Assembly (NCBI GenBank): GCA_964276515.1
Contig: OZ193910.1
Location: forward strand, 4,898,001 to 4,962,000
DNA from: Gordius albopunctatus
Taxonomy: Eukaryota
Direction of reading: 5' to 3'
Length of the DNA stretch: 64,000 bases
Shown here: piece after piece, positions 35,701 through 49,905 of the stretch
Position numbering within the stretch: position 1 is the first letter of the stretch
Layout: each line of letters opens with the position of its first letter
Notes under the pieces: generated by a model
Told to the model about the DNA's origin: nothing
Database searches by the model: none
The model's input: only the letters and a program-made list of their open reading frames with translations
Program-made: the position numbers and the translations under genes

Positions 35701-38700
35701 GTGTGTATCATAAAATAGTCCACACTGACCGATGAAAGAAAGGATATATAGTGAGTGTGCCTGTGCGTGTTTGGAGAAGAGAATAAATATTTCTAATAGG
35801 ATAGCATTAGCATAGTTTACTTACCTACCCCACCCATTCAAGCATTACTACTAGAAACTTCTTTTTTTCTATAAACTGTTGTATCTCGGTAAAAGGGAAA
35901 AAATATCCCACTCTTCTATACATTTCTAACATTTGCTGTATCGTTGGCTATTATACGCTGTAGTTAAATAACTATAGCCTCCTTTCCATTATAATAAACC
36001 ACCCAGAAATTCTATTCCGCATTCCGTAGGGAATATTCAATTTAAAAATTATCATTCGTTTTAACATGGTCCACCTTGAATAATTTTCTGCACTACATGG
36101 CTTCACAATTAGAGGTAAATATTAAATTTTATGTTGTTTTCATAATTATACCTAGGCAACGATTTAGGGAGGGGCAAAATGATAATTTTTTCAAATTTTA
36201 GCCATGATTTTAATAAATTTGTGGATTTAGAGGGGGGCAGCCGCCCCCCCCCTGCCTACCCCCTAAGCTACGCCTATGGATCTAGGTTATAATTTAAATA
36301 TTTAATCGTCTGCTTACCATATAGATGTTGTAATTTTAAAGCACAATAATCCCAATAATTTTTTTAATTTAAATGGTCATTTCTACTATTTTTATTTATG
36401 CGCCTTTATATATAAGGTAGACTTTTTGCCCGTATGTTAAGTATATTATGGAAAGTAGGGCTGTTGAACCATTGTTATAATTGACGCCAGATTGTAAAAG
36501 TATAACAATTTTAAGCAGCACACACCACTAGCCGCATAAACTTTGTTTCAATTCCTGTTATAAGATATTTACACAATCTATTTAAACCACGAACAATTCT
36601 CCTATTTCACAAAGGCTAGTAAAAAAGAGTTTATAATGAAAACTTTATCACGGGTGTGTTAAAAAGTTGGTTTCGTTTTCTTTACCCGTTTGGTACAGAC
36701 AGTTCATTCATAACTATCAAAGTTTAAACTTTTTAATTCTGCTAATAAATTCCGTAAAAATGTTTTGGCTCTTTAACATTTTTTTCCAAAAATAAGTTTA
36801 TATCCTTAACCTCGATAATGTAAATAAATTTCCTCAAACTGCATTTAACTATTTACCATCTGGTATGATGTTTTATAATCGGTCTAGAATAAAAGAAGGC
36901 ACTTAAATTTTATTCCCGTAATTTACAAAGTATTTGTATACCAGGCGGTAGGTAAAAATTAGTTATCAACCAGCCAAAAGAAGTAGCAATAATTTAAAGG
37001 TTTTTAATATAGCCTTTATGTTTAATCTTAAGCGATATTCTAAATTTTTTATACGATGTTCATAAATTATAACTACTAAATTTATTAAGATTTTCTACAG
37101 GTCGCATAAAATTACATGTAATAAGTACCATGATGATTAAAACATGACATTATTTTGAACATTTAGATTTTCAATCTAATATAGAGGCCTCAATTATTTT
37201 TGTGGGACGGTGTTATTGGCAAATGCTTTGTTTATAATTATAATTAACATTTAAATATATATTTTTGATATATATGGCAAATGTATTATTATGTTTTCCA
37301 TGTCGTTAAATAGAAATATAATTATTGAAATTAATTTTTTGTTTCGCAGTCATAAATAAGTTATTTTATTTCTTTTAACCGCTTATAGATTGACCTTGTT
37401 CAACAATAAATCCTTCAGGATCATTTTAGGAAACATATTTATCATTAAATGGAGCAATTAAGTTTTGTGCCAAATAGGAATCTACAAAATTAAGTATAAC
37501 TTTTTTTGATTTTTTAAATTTTGGTAACAAATAGGTTTTTACAGTTTGTAATAAAACCTAGCGACACCGTAGAACTTATTTTTATTTATGTGAAAAGTGA
37601 ACTCGTATTTGACAAAGAAAATGTTGTAGTGAGCATTACGTAATCTTAGATAAATTCGTGTCACTCAGCCCTAGGATTTGTATGATAAATGTTATAAGTG
37701 GATGAAGACCGCAGGTCAACATTATAACCAGGATCTCTGATAAAAGCGTTTAAGATATTTATATCAGCATTATTTGCACAGGTCAGCGGCAAGCCTTTTT
37801 ATTTGTTCAAGTGGCATTTCCAACTTCTCCCTTTGTAAGATGCAACAACGAATATGATTCCATCTTCAATAGAAGAAAAATCTGGGGTTATTTTATAGAA
37901 AAATAAGTTTTTTTATTTAAAAGATAAAATTTTGAATTGGTCTTATTCGGGTGTCTGATATTACATACATTCATATTAAATTCGCATAAATCTTTTTTGC
38001 ATAAGAATTAGAATATAATTATGCTTTATCTCAAGTTTCAACAATATGTGAATCTAGTTCTAGATTATGAATGACATTAGCCATACGGCTATAACTATGT
38101 CTAGTTGCACAATGGTCTTTTGGGACCTATACTACGAATACGCATTAATATTCCCTTTGAGTAAAATGTTAGATTAAAAATTGATTACATTAATAGGGGG
38201 GAAGCCTTGAATTAATAAGTCACGACAATTTTTTGCCCGCTACTCGTAAGAGATATTCATTGTTGTTATTGACACGTTTCTTTGGGCAGGGCAGAAGGTT
38301 AGCTAAACATCGTCGTCGTGATCATTAATTAAATATAAATCAAATTAAACCAGAGACTATAATGTATCAGGACTTTGTCTGCATTTCGAAGTATGTGACC
38401 TCCGTGACCGTCGAATTAGTGTTAATAATAATATTAATTGTGAACGCGGGAAAAATTAATATGCAGGAATATTACAATTTATTTTTTATATTGAAGAAGT
38501 TGCATTGATGTATTATGTATAATGTGAGGCGGTGAGAAAGAAATTGTGATGTAGCGTTTTAAATTAGCACTACTTTTAATTGCTAGACAGACATCATCAC
38601 ATTAATAGTAATCGTTCGTTACTGTTTATGTGGTATGATTGATTGGGTATGATGAGATGTTTAACTATTTTAATTTACGATCCTTAAACTTTTTATGCCA

Positions 38701-41700
38701 TCGTTCATACATAATCATGCGAAAGGCTTCATTATTATTTCACCTTAGGTAGTAGCTTTTATTTGCAAGTTGAGGGACGAATTAAGACTACTCAAAAAAC
38801 AATTTAAAATTTTCCAATTTCAATTCGAAGGCAAAATGTACGTGTGCGACGGAAGTGGTTAAGGCATTTTACTTCCTTATTATTTGGACGGGAGAGGTGA
38901 AAATATGATTGCTTTAGAAAAGATGGCTTATTTTAATGGTTTAAAATCGTTGCGGACATTTTTTTGAATTCGAGTTACTATTTGATATTGTTGGGTTTTA
39001 GAGATATAAAAATGATGAATAATTTTATATAATTTTTAGGATTTTTAATCCCCTAGTCAGCACTTCCTACCAATTATTTTATGAAACCTGGAACAACAAA
39101 CTTTTTAAGGATACTCGTGCTATTATACTATTATTCCATTTGTGAAATATAGGAGGAAGAGAGAGTACACGGGTGTTTTTAAAGAGACTTGTGCCTCACT
39201 CCCCTCCTCATATAGTCATCGGTGGGTGCTGCTGTCATCATTTGTGCAAATAAATCTCTAATTATCTTCTCGATAGTAATGATGATGGTAAAATGAGGAT
39301 GGGAAGAATAAGAAGTAATGTTGCCCATTTCGTCCTTCTTGCATTACAATAATGTGTGTGACACGAGCACAACACCCACCACTTAATGATGCAATATAAT
39401 ATTGAGGTAATTACTTCCCCATCCCCTCTTATTCCATTTGCGTCTCCTACTGATTATCATCATGCATTATAGTCACTCTTGGAGTGCATCTTTGGCTCCT
39501 CCTCCTCCTTGCTTGCTAGCTAATTTAATAACAATCGGGTGCACATCATTAAACTACACGAAATTAAAATTGCATGTATTATTATATTATTTTAACTCGA
39601 GGGAATACTTTAAGGGTAGCATTTACAAATTGAAATTGTTTCGCGATTCAAAAATGTTCAAGTAAATAGGGTGTGAAAAAGCTTAAAACCAGAGGAATTT
39701 ATATAAAAAATGACGTAAATGCGTATTTTAGTTCAGGGCTGTCCTACCCTCTAAAAGAAAACTTGATTACTCTCATCATTCCTTATATGATAGCTAAATA
39801 GTTTGTGAGGGAGGAGGCAATGGTTGCATATAACGAGGACGATTGATGAATAATCTAATATAATCAATCCACCCATCATACAACACCACACGCGCTATAT
39901 GTAATGTGTATATAAATTTTTTTATAAGTCTGCACTTATATATATAATATTATGCAAAGTGCATACATTAACGCGTCGGCCAATATTGTCCGTCTTCGTT
40001 GAAGGACCGTAGCAGCATACGACTTCCCTAAATATATTCAATAAGTAGAAGAGATGCATTAATATTTACGCCCTCTCCTATTTCAAGCACCGTGCCCACG
40101 CCTTGCTTGAATGGACCGTGGACTGGATTAATGCATAATATTAAGTTATTTTAACCAAGCGCGTGCCAACTAGACCTCTACTATATCATTTCTCGCGGTA
40201 CTCGTTGCTTCCCCTCGCAATTTAACGCGATAATCAAATCGTTCTATCTTCTCGGCGGTCAAATTGATAGCTGCTAGGTGGTAGTGGTGACCATAAATCT
40301 TGCTCCCATTAATAGACATCCCCGCGGGCAGCAGCATTGTGTTAATAGAATTGTCGGACTGGATTTAGACCTCGACGTAACGTTATATATTAATCATACG
40401 GTCAAGTGCTGTGCCATAAGTCAAATGAACCTCCTTCACATAACCAACACTCCATAAATTATAGCCTTACTGTTGTAATCTGTTATAGAATTTGGAGAAA
40501 TTACTACTCATTCGATTAGAACATAAATCAGGCATTTTAATTAAATTATGTTACTGAAAGGATTCACTTAGTGGTTTATTATAATTTGACAACATTTAAA
40601 AAATGCACTAATTTATAACTACAATTTTATTAATTTTTAGAGAGGATATTGATTAATATATTCCCTTACTACGCTACACGTGTTTTGAATTAATGGTAAT
40701 ATCGCCATGCAAACAAATCCTTTGACTAAATTGGCATGGTTTTATTTCATTCTTTCAAGTATTTTAAACTAACCCCCGTATAAATCCTTTCCGTTCACTC
40801 CCAAGTTTCCACTATCTATAAAAATGAACTCCTAACTTACTCTTTTTACGGAAAAATTTTCTTATCTAAGTGTGAATCCATTAGATTTTCCTGTCCTGAT
40901 ACAATTCTCCAAGCTCTGTCTAAGGGGGCTTGCAATGTGGTTTTTATTAGAAAACATGTAAAATACTTTTTAAAATTAGTTTACCCTAAAAGATTAACTG
41001 GTAGGCTTTCCTGATCATTATGAGATGGTAGGATAAAATATTCGCTACGTTTTTAATCAAGTACTTAATAATATAAAGGGTATTAAAAAATCGTACAGAC
41101 TATATATTACTTCAATTTAATAAAGTTAGCTCTTCAAATCGTATTAATTGAAATTGAAATTCTATACCTAATCATTTTAAAAATCATGAAAAAGTCTCAA
41201 TATTTAAGGATCTTGATAATTTAATGCTCCCATCCGGACCATTGAATTCAAATCTCAGAATAAACATTAAATTGCATAGTAATTAATAAAATTCAAAAAC
41301 GTGTTTGATATATACAGAACTACAATTTTTATAGGTATATCAAAGCAACAGATTTGTAGCTTACAAACAATTTTTCAAGAGATTTAAGCGCCCTGTCCCG
41401 CATACTGATAACGCATTATCAATGAAATGTGGATTATTTTGTATATCATAACTTAAAGGAAATAGTAGATTAACACAATACGTGATTTGTCGTTGGTTTG
41501 CAAATATACGGATCTAGAATGGGTATTAGACCCCCTGTCTTAACTCTAAACGTTTGTGGACTGTCAACTTGTCAGAAAAAAAATTGATTGAATTGTACTC
41601 GCGTGTCCAATAATGCAATGCGAACCTTTTATTACCGACAGAAATTTTATCATTCCATTGTTATGTTATACTTATGAAAGGTTAAATTCTCAATTTTTCC

Positions 41701-43322
41701 ATTCATTTTTTATTTTATCAACTAAATTCTGCATGGTCGCTTCACCATACCAGATTTGTATGACTTTAATATGAAGATTATCATAATTTAGTGGTTATAT
41801 GCCAGGCATCCTATTAGCTTCTCTTATTAATGTCCTACGCTACCCCATCCCCCCCCCATTCACTCCTTGACACAATAACCTGGACATCTAATGGACCATG
41901 TTCACCTCAATTTCTCATTTCTACTAGGCATTAATTATTTTATTTCCATACAAAGGGTCACGATTTTTATCATCCTCGTTTCCTTAAAAAATATCATAGG
42001 TATTATACATATTACACACAACACATTCAAAGCTAATTAATATACATATATAGTAACAATGTCGCTAACTTACACACGCATACAATAGAATCAGATATAA
42101 AACACAATTTTGGTATTATAGTAAGGAAGTCGCTTTGTTTTGTGTCGGAGTCTATGCTGCGCGGACGGGGCTAGGTGGGACGTGTCGTAATTAGAATATC
42201 AAAATTTTCCCACATTTTAATCACTTGGCCTAGAATAATGAGAGCTTAAGAATACATCCATAGACGTCCCTCCATTTGCTTTAAATTAGTTCATTGTGCA
42301 GCATTAATTCAAAGATTCAATATGAATGGAGGTTGTCTAAATTTTCATTGAATTAAAGGCGCTTTTTCTTTCAAATAAACCTCTTTCTGTTTCTCCCTTT
42401 ACTATTTGCCCCCACAGGTTTGCGGTTGACTTAATTTTCATGTCATTAAAGAGCGACTATGACTCGGGTGACTTTGAATGAGTCGGACTCATTTAATGGT
42501 TCACCCGCTACAATTAAAGTTGTTTGCCTACTTCATTCCATCCTGTCTCCTGCTTTCTGTTTTTACACAATAGACGAGGGCAGGCAGGTCCCCTCTCATC
42601 CCAGTACAATTTAACTTGGCCCTGAAATGCTTTTGGTGTCAAGGATTAATCTCCGCAGCCAGCCCCCCCCCCTATTATAGAATTAATATACCTTTTTGCG
42701 TGAGATAATTATATATTAATGTCGTCAGTAGTGGGGTTAGTGTGAATTTAGTGTAATTAGTCGTAGAGGGGTATAACGATATAAAAATGTATATCGCACT
42801 GGGGATTATACATATTTGCCAGACAACAACTTAACTCAATCAAAGGTCATTTCGGCGTTAATTGGCTTTGACCATTAAAATATAAAGAGTTTATTTGTAA
42901 GTTCAGTTTAAAGTAAGGTAGGGTAAAAGAAACTTAGGCCTCCTCAAATTGTTTCAAATCTCAATAATAGCTGAAGAGGTGGAAAAAATACCCCAATTTT
43001 TCCTATTTGTCAAAAGAATAACTTTTTATATCATTTATCACCCAGTGTTTATGACCATGCTTCAAAAAATGATTACATTATAATTGGAACAAGTTAAAAT
43101 TTTCGACTACTTAGTTTGAAAAATTATTGATTTGGGCCTTTATAATGAGCTGGATTGCATTAATTTATTTTCTCTCCATTTTTTAATTGCAATAACGGTG
43201 AAGTAAATCTTTTTAACATTTAAAACAGTTATCTAATAACAATGTTACGGGAAACAAAATTAAGCATACGTTGCCGCATATAGAAAAAAGTAAAATTTTG
43301 TTGTTTTTTCCAATAAAAATAG

Positions 43323-46300
43323 CATTATTTACCACCAACCAATTTGAATCGATGTCGCATAAGGACCTCATATCGTCATAGGGAATCATCTCAAGAAGGC
43401 GTCATTTCACACTCTGAAACAAGCACCAATATTCCTAAAGACCCAGTGTCTCGTCAACCTCTTCCGCATCGTGTAACGCCGAAAGAAATGGAGTAATAAG
43501 AAATTAAGCCATTTTATAATATTAAAAGATATTATTATTCTATATGCTAATCGATTTATTTCCTTTACAGAGTTCTTCTACAGCAGCCTCACGAAAATAG
43601 CGTTGTAGGTGATTATAACTTCAAAAGTGAGCATAGTTTAATATTTATTTTTAATAGATTTAAAAATATAATAAGTAATATAACTAAAGCCCTTGGGCCT
43701 CGATATCGGGTCGGCCTTGATGACTCAGGCCTCGAGGCCAGAACCTAGTTTGAAACTAACTTTATTTAATAAACCATTACATAATTATTTAAATTAAGGC
43801 ACTTAATAATGAATATAGGACGAGGGAACGCATTATATAGCTATTTGAACCCAACCCATTTCAAAAATCACTTTTTGTTCAAAGTTTTAAATTTATACTA
43901 TATTTTTTTCGGGACGGGATTGGGCCAAAAATAATTTGATTTTTCCAGCTTGGGTCTGGCTAATTAAAATCAATATCTCCGGATACATTAAATGAATGAA
44001 TTCCCCTTTTTTAAAAAGCGAGAATTTATTCTATTATGGTTTAACCTCGGCATAATTTATTTCACTGACATTTATTGAAAACCCTTCTTCATCACAGTAT
44101 TTTGCTAAAAATGCTAGATTTGCGATTTTTAAGCAATCAATAATAAACCATATATAAATCATTTTATCAATTCATACAGCTCGACGTCATAAAGGAATTA
44201 TTAAAAATGGATCGGTCAAAACGAAAAAGCACGTCACAATTAATCTATCAAACCATGAAACTTGCACGGATATACAAAATACAATAATAGATAAACCGCA
44301 ATTTTTAAAAATGCAGGTAAAATTATGTTTATTTTAATTGCGAGTCTTTGATAGAATTTATTTTAAAATAAAAAATTGATTTTTTAAAAAAAATTATATA
44401 TATATTAAATTAATCAGGAGGACTTTCAAGACAACTTAAACCCGAATAAGTATGTGGAACTAAGCGACGACATCAACCTTCAATACATGGAATTCGCCAA
44501 ATTGATTAAATTAAAGGAAGACAACGTTTTGTTAAAAGAGGAAAGGTTAGCACTAAAAGCTGTCCTCACGCAAAAAGATATGGAAATTGACAAGTACAAA
44601 GAGATCATAAAGAAAATTTTAAGGAAAAGCAATTTGGCCACCAAAGATAATCAAGTATGTCAATTACAATTATCAAATTTAAATAAACTCGCACATAAAT
44701 GTAAGATGCTAAAAAGCGTTATGTTTAAGGAATTAATAACGGGTCTGATTCAAACACTGAACGGGGAGAAGACTAGACAATCTTCAACGCAAAACAATGG
44801 ATTTAACATCTGTCCGATTAATGGAGACATTGAGAAATACAGCGCCCAAAAAGATTTGGTTAATAAAATGTCCGAGAGAGTTCGATTGAAAAGGTTAACT
44901 ATGCACAAGAAAAATGAAACCGTTATAACAGGAGCCGACATCATTCAAGGGGTAAATTAATGATCTTATTAACTGATAAAACATCACACAATTGTGATAA
45001 TAATAACTTCATTTTTATTTAAAATAACCCTCATGGTTTTGCCTTTCGTCCATAGGTGAAAAATCCGGCGATCGTCAAGCATCTGATGCAACCTTTGGTA
45101 GCTAAAGCCGAATGGAATAACGTGTATAAGACTTCATGTTGCATTTTATCGGACTTATCTGATAAATCGGAAATGTTGAAAAAATATCCAGAAATTTCTA
45201 CGAATTTAGACAATCTGTCTCTTAACATGGAGCCCGAAGCTAAATTTGTCGAAGAGGAATATTTAAAATCGAAATGCGATAGGCTCAGTGCTCAAGTTGA
45301 AGTCTTGGAGCAAAACTTATCCGAATCTAAGCAAACGGCAGATGATCTAGCCCTCAAGTTATCGAAATCTGAATGTACATTAAACTCATACCAGAGATTG
45401 TACCACGTAACTCATCAAACCAACATAATCTTGGAAGTACTATTGGCCTTAAAAGAATCGCAGCTAGCTTACTCAACTGCACTCACTAGTAACTATTTTT
45501 CTTAAATAAAGAATAAATTAACTGCATGGATGTTTTTTTTAAAATGTGTTTTAATAATGTGCCCCGTTAAAACCTGTTGTTTTTAAAGATGAGGAAACTG
45601 TATGAAATTTTCTTAGCTCCTCATGTAGGGGAGACCGGGGCTAGTAGTAGCCCGGGGTTACTATTATCTTTGTAATTATTTTTAAAAATAATAATGATGT
45701 ATTATCAAAATTTAAACCATAGGTGTATGTTTTTATAAGGTATAAGTAGAAAAAATTTTGTTCAGAAAAAATAAAATTTAAAATTTTTATGGGTGAAAAA
45801 CGATTTTTCGGGGCTATTAGTAGCCTTGACAAAATTTTCTAATTTGCACATAAAATTTTTTGGCTCTATATTTTGGACTAATTTAAGTTTTATCTTATAA
45901 AGGGATATTTTTTATATAAAAACCGCATAATGATTAAATTTTTATTCGCAATATAACATCTTCAATTATTAATTGTTCATAAAAATAGGGGTCGGGGCTA
46001 GTCGGAGAGGGGCTAATTATAGCCATTTTTCATTGGGCCTTACAAATGAAAAAATTTAAAAAACAAAAATCTTGTTTATAATTCAACTTAGTGTAATTAG
46101 GAATAGAAATAGACTATGATTATACTTAAAAAAAACGACTAAAAGCTTATTTACATAGCAGAATATGTCTTTTAGGTGTATACTTAAGTCAGATTGTCAT
46201 CTTGACACTTTTTTTATTTTTATTATATAAAATACAATCATATTACATTTAAATTTTCTATGTTTTATATAATGTAACAATATTTTTATTGATTTAAGTT

Positions 46301-48453
46301 AGCATACACTATTAAGAAGTTAAAACGTCAGTGTTAATCTATCCCCTGAACAGAGCTATAACTAACCCCGGGCACTTTTGAAATTTTTAGGATTTTGATT
46401 TTTTTGAACTCAATTTATAAAAAAAACTATAGGCTCTTTTTTCTCAATTATCTTTCCTATAATAGAAATAGACGATAAAAATGTGTTCCAATAAAAAAAT
46501 TATAAAAATCTTCATTAGTTTTTTTATGGCTATTTAGGCCCCGGTCTCCCCTAAACAAAAAGCGGTTGCACCCTATTTATTGGTGGATTAATTTACTATT
46601 TTCACACCTGTTTTGCAGTGTTAATTAATCCTGTTATTTATGTAACTACTTTTGTGTTAGCCGAAACCAATAAAGAATCGGCTTACAACTCGTGTGAAAC
46701 CTGTAGCGAAGAAATAGGATTTTATCACTGCGAAGAAGGTTCCCCCCGAGTTGGTTATAACGGACACCCAAACCGACACCCGACCCATAACTCCGTTCCT
46801 TATTTAGACATTATTCATCATAAAATGAAGTCGGAACAAATGGCAATGTCTTTATTGAATCTCGTCGAATATCGTTATGCAAAAGTTCTTCAGGGGCAAG
46901 CCCTTGAAAATGGGCAAACCAATTTTGAGAAATCTAACATTAAAATCCCACAATCACCTCAATCCTTCGCTTTCAACAGTTTAAGTTCTCGTGGATCCAG
47001 TAGCACGGGAAACAGTAGCGGTCACGAATATTCCTCTTTGGAAAATTCTAAGGTAGCCGCTAAGACGCATAAATCTTTTAGTCGAGATAACGAAAAAAGA
47101 CTTAAAACCTTCCTGCGGCTCTTGAAAATTCGCGAAAAGCATTTGCAAAAGCACTCGACTACATTGTCTGAGTGTCAGGATAATATCAATACTAATAATG
47201 ATGACCAAGAATCCACTTTTAATGCCTCTTACGCCCAATATTTTGCAGAACGTTACGGTGCAGGAGATCTCAAAAGCAATGGTGAGGTGGGTCTCGGGTC
47301 TGCTGAAGATTTAATATTCAAAAGTTTGGATATTCAAAAATTTATCGATAATTTAATATTACCGTTGAGGGATCAAATCCTGATGCCCAAATCATCCTCC
47401 TATCACATATACGAGGATCCGAGTAAATGTTTGAGTGAAATGGGAATTGACGATTGCCAAGACGCGCAACAATTAGCCCTGGAAAATAGTATAATTTTGT
47501 TGGAGTTGTGTGAAACTAAAGTAAGCAGCAATTCAAATTTAATGTTTGTAAAATTTTGGATTAAAGCCTACAACCTTAATTAATGTCACACAATGTTATT
47601 AGGAACAAATGGCTAGGCTCAAAGTTCAAAAATATCACATGGAAAAGGAAAAAAACTTGGCGGAAATAAGATTGGCGATTAAGCACAATTTGGAGTCCTC
47701 GCTTAAAAGCCAGATTCAATCGCTCGAAAAAGAGTTGGAGGAGACGCGGAAAGTAAAAACCGTGAAAAGAAATTATTTTTTAATTAATTCGGTAAAGTTA
47801 AGATATTATAACACATTTTTGCTAGTTATCTCCGCAAACATTTAAAGTTATAAAACTCCTAGTTGTACGTATTATAAATATTAGTAGAAAATATTGACAA
47901 ATTTTAATGTTTATTAAATCATTTGTATTTCTTTATTATGCCTTATTTCTTTATGAATAAATTAGCAGAGAATTACATAAAAGTTTAAATTTTCTCTAGG
48001 ATTTGGTTGTTTTTAAGGACAGTACGAATTATATCAAACAATTCTCGGGTGAAATGGAGGAAAGTGTGAGCGAAGATGAAAATTTAAAGCAATCCTTAAT
48101 ACGTGAATATAGACTAAGAAAGCAAATAGAAGAATTGATGGGCGTTGTGGAAATTATATCCGCCAATTCCGAGAAAAGATATCAAAACTCCATGGACGTT
48201 ATATCAGAATTAAAATATAACAATATGTAACTATTTTACTTTATAAATAAGGGATTAAAATCGCTGATTTTTAGGTTTTTAAATGGAAAATGTGATAAAA
48301 TTAAACGAATTTACGAAACAAAAATCAAAGGATTTCAACCAGAGAGCGGTTCAAGTGAAAATGTAAGATTTGTTAAACATTTAAAAGATTTAATTTTATT
48401 TGCAGGAACCTTTGCAATCTGATGACATGAACAATGAAGAGACTGACCTCTGA
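43323..48453 (+). CDS. MCC: Colorectal mutant cancer protein (MCC/USHBP1)-like coiled-coil protein with a C-terminal PDZ-binding motif; 5' end uncertain
   Basis: Frame-consistent exons 43323-43492, 43571-43626, 44180-44316, 44418-44951, 45056-45488, 46661-47520, 47603-47752, (47826-47864 optional), 48000-48226, 48275-48362, 48406-48453. Segments EEEYLKSKCDRLSAQVEVLEQNLSESK, LENSIILLELCETKEQMARLKVQKYHMEKEK and REYRLRKQIEELMGVVE..S..SEKRYQNSMDVISELK follow recalled MCC blocks. Ends EETDL* (human MCC ends ETSL). Confidence 0.82.
45628..46551. mobile_element. ~0.92-kb non-autonomous TA-flanked DNA transposon (Tc1/mariner/pogo-type) in an MCC intron
   Basis: TA|GGGGAGACCGGGGC ... GCCCCGGTCTCCCC|TA, with internal GGGGCTA subterminal repeats. 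Confidence 0.85.
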
Positions 48454-48829
48454 TATAAAATGATTATAACATATACACTTGATTTGGCAATAAACAATTA
48501 TCATTGATGTACAAATTAACTTAATTCGTTCATTTGTTATATATAAAATTTATTTTAAGTTATAATAAAATACAATTAATTTGTTTAATAAAAATACTAT
48601 GTTTAAATAAATATATACTCGGTGTTGCAAGGCGTCCCCATGTCATTTTATTCCGTTCCATTATTAAAGAATAACTCAAGAAGTGGTTAAAAAAATATAG
48701 AGCTCATATTTATAGTTTACCATGGGCGTAGCCAGGTTTTGGATTGGGGGGGGGGGGGGGCAAAACGTAAATTCCGCCATTGGGGGGGGGCTGCTCGCCC
48801 CTGGTGGGAAGGGGGGGCAGTAGGGAAGA

Positions 48830-49766
48830 GGAAACGAAACTCATCTATACTCCGTATAAACGTAGCATATTTGCTATGCAATTTATGGGCGAGAAAGGTG
48901 GTAAGGGGCGAGAATGCCTATGGGGGGGGGCAATGGTCAAGCAGGGAGTCAGATAATACTCGTTACAACGTTATAGTTGTTTTTTAAAAACACTATTTTC
49001 ATATTAATAATTTTCCTCAATAAATAAAGTGTAAATAAATGTTTTATAGCAGGTTTTACAAAAATTTAGCTTTTTAAATATTTCTATAAAAAAAACTTGG
49101 TTATCATTTTGCATTTTATACTTGATTTTGAGGAATAAGTTTTTTTCATTCATTCTCATTTATCAACTTCTAAATTAATCAAAATGAGGAAAGGAACGTA
49201 AATAGAGGGTATGACCTTGGAAAGCCAATAGTCATCCTTCCAAAACATACAACTTTCAATTTAGAGTTTTTTGATACTGTATAAATTTAAACAATTTGGT
49301 GCAGGCGACCCATAATTTTAATTATGACTATAGAGTCTATTCAAATCATGCGCATATGTATAGTATTAACAAGATATTAAAAAAACGGAAAAATTTTCCA
49401 ATCCCACTTTGGCCAGTGATCATTTTTTCCATTGATCAGCAGACGGCCAAATAGCTAGCCTATATTTATAATATAGAAAAAAAAATTCGATTCTAATCTC
49501 ACTTTGGCCAGTGGTCATTTTTTCTAATGGTCAGCAGACGTACAAATACAAACCAATAATTATAATCTAGAGAAACAGATTCGATTTTAATCTCACTTTG
49601 ACCAGTAGTAGCCTATATTTTTAATCTTCGTAACAAGAAAAATATGTTATCAATGCAAAATTTAGGTTAATAAGTTTCCACGGGAATTATACAAAAAGTA
49701 GAAGGTAGACAGGACACTCAAAACAAGACAAACGAAAAGCGAGCCCATAATTTGCATAGCAATTAA
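48830..49766 (-). mobile_element. HINE/DINE-like element copy 3; its 3' end abuts a CATGGGCGTAGCC MITE end at 48721
   Basis: Subterminal IRs at ~48871 and ~49743-49762, and internal repeat units. Shares a ~270-bp insert with copy 4. Confidence 0.7.
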
Positions 49767-49905
49767 TTTGTAAGATGAAGTTTTTGAGACCATAGCGGAA
49801 AGGCAAACTGATGACAAGATATTTTAAACTTAGCCAATTCTATCGCATATCTTAGCAAACAATACCATCATCTCAGTAATGTCCCCAATTTAAGTTTGCT
49901 AATTA

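Noticed and set aside
37678..37745. C/D box snoRNA candidate (ATGATAA ... CTGA)
   Set aside because: Imperfect C box and no convincing rRNA-complementary guide.
43229..43289. Extra upstream MCC coding exon with a 33-nt intron
   Set aside because: Its phase does not match the next exon and leads to a stop; it could only be UTR.
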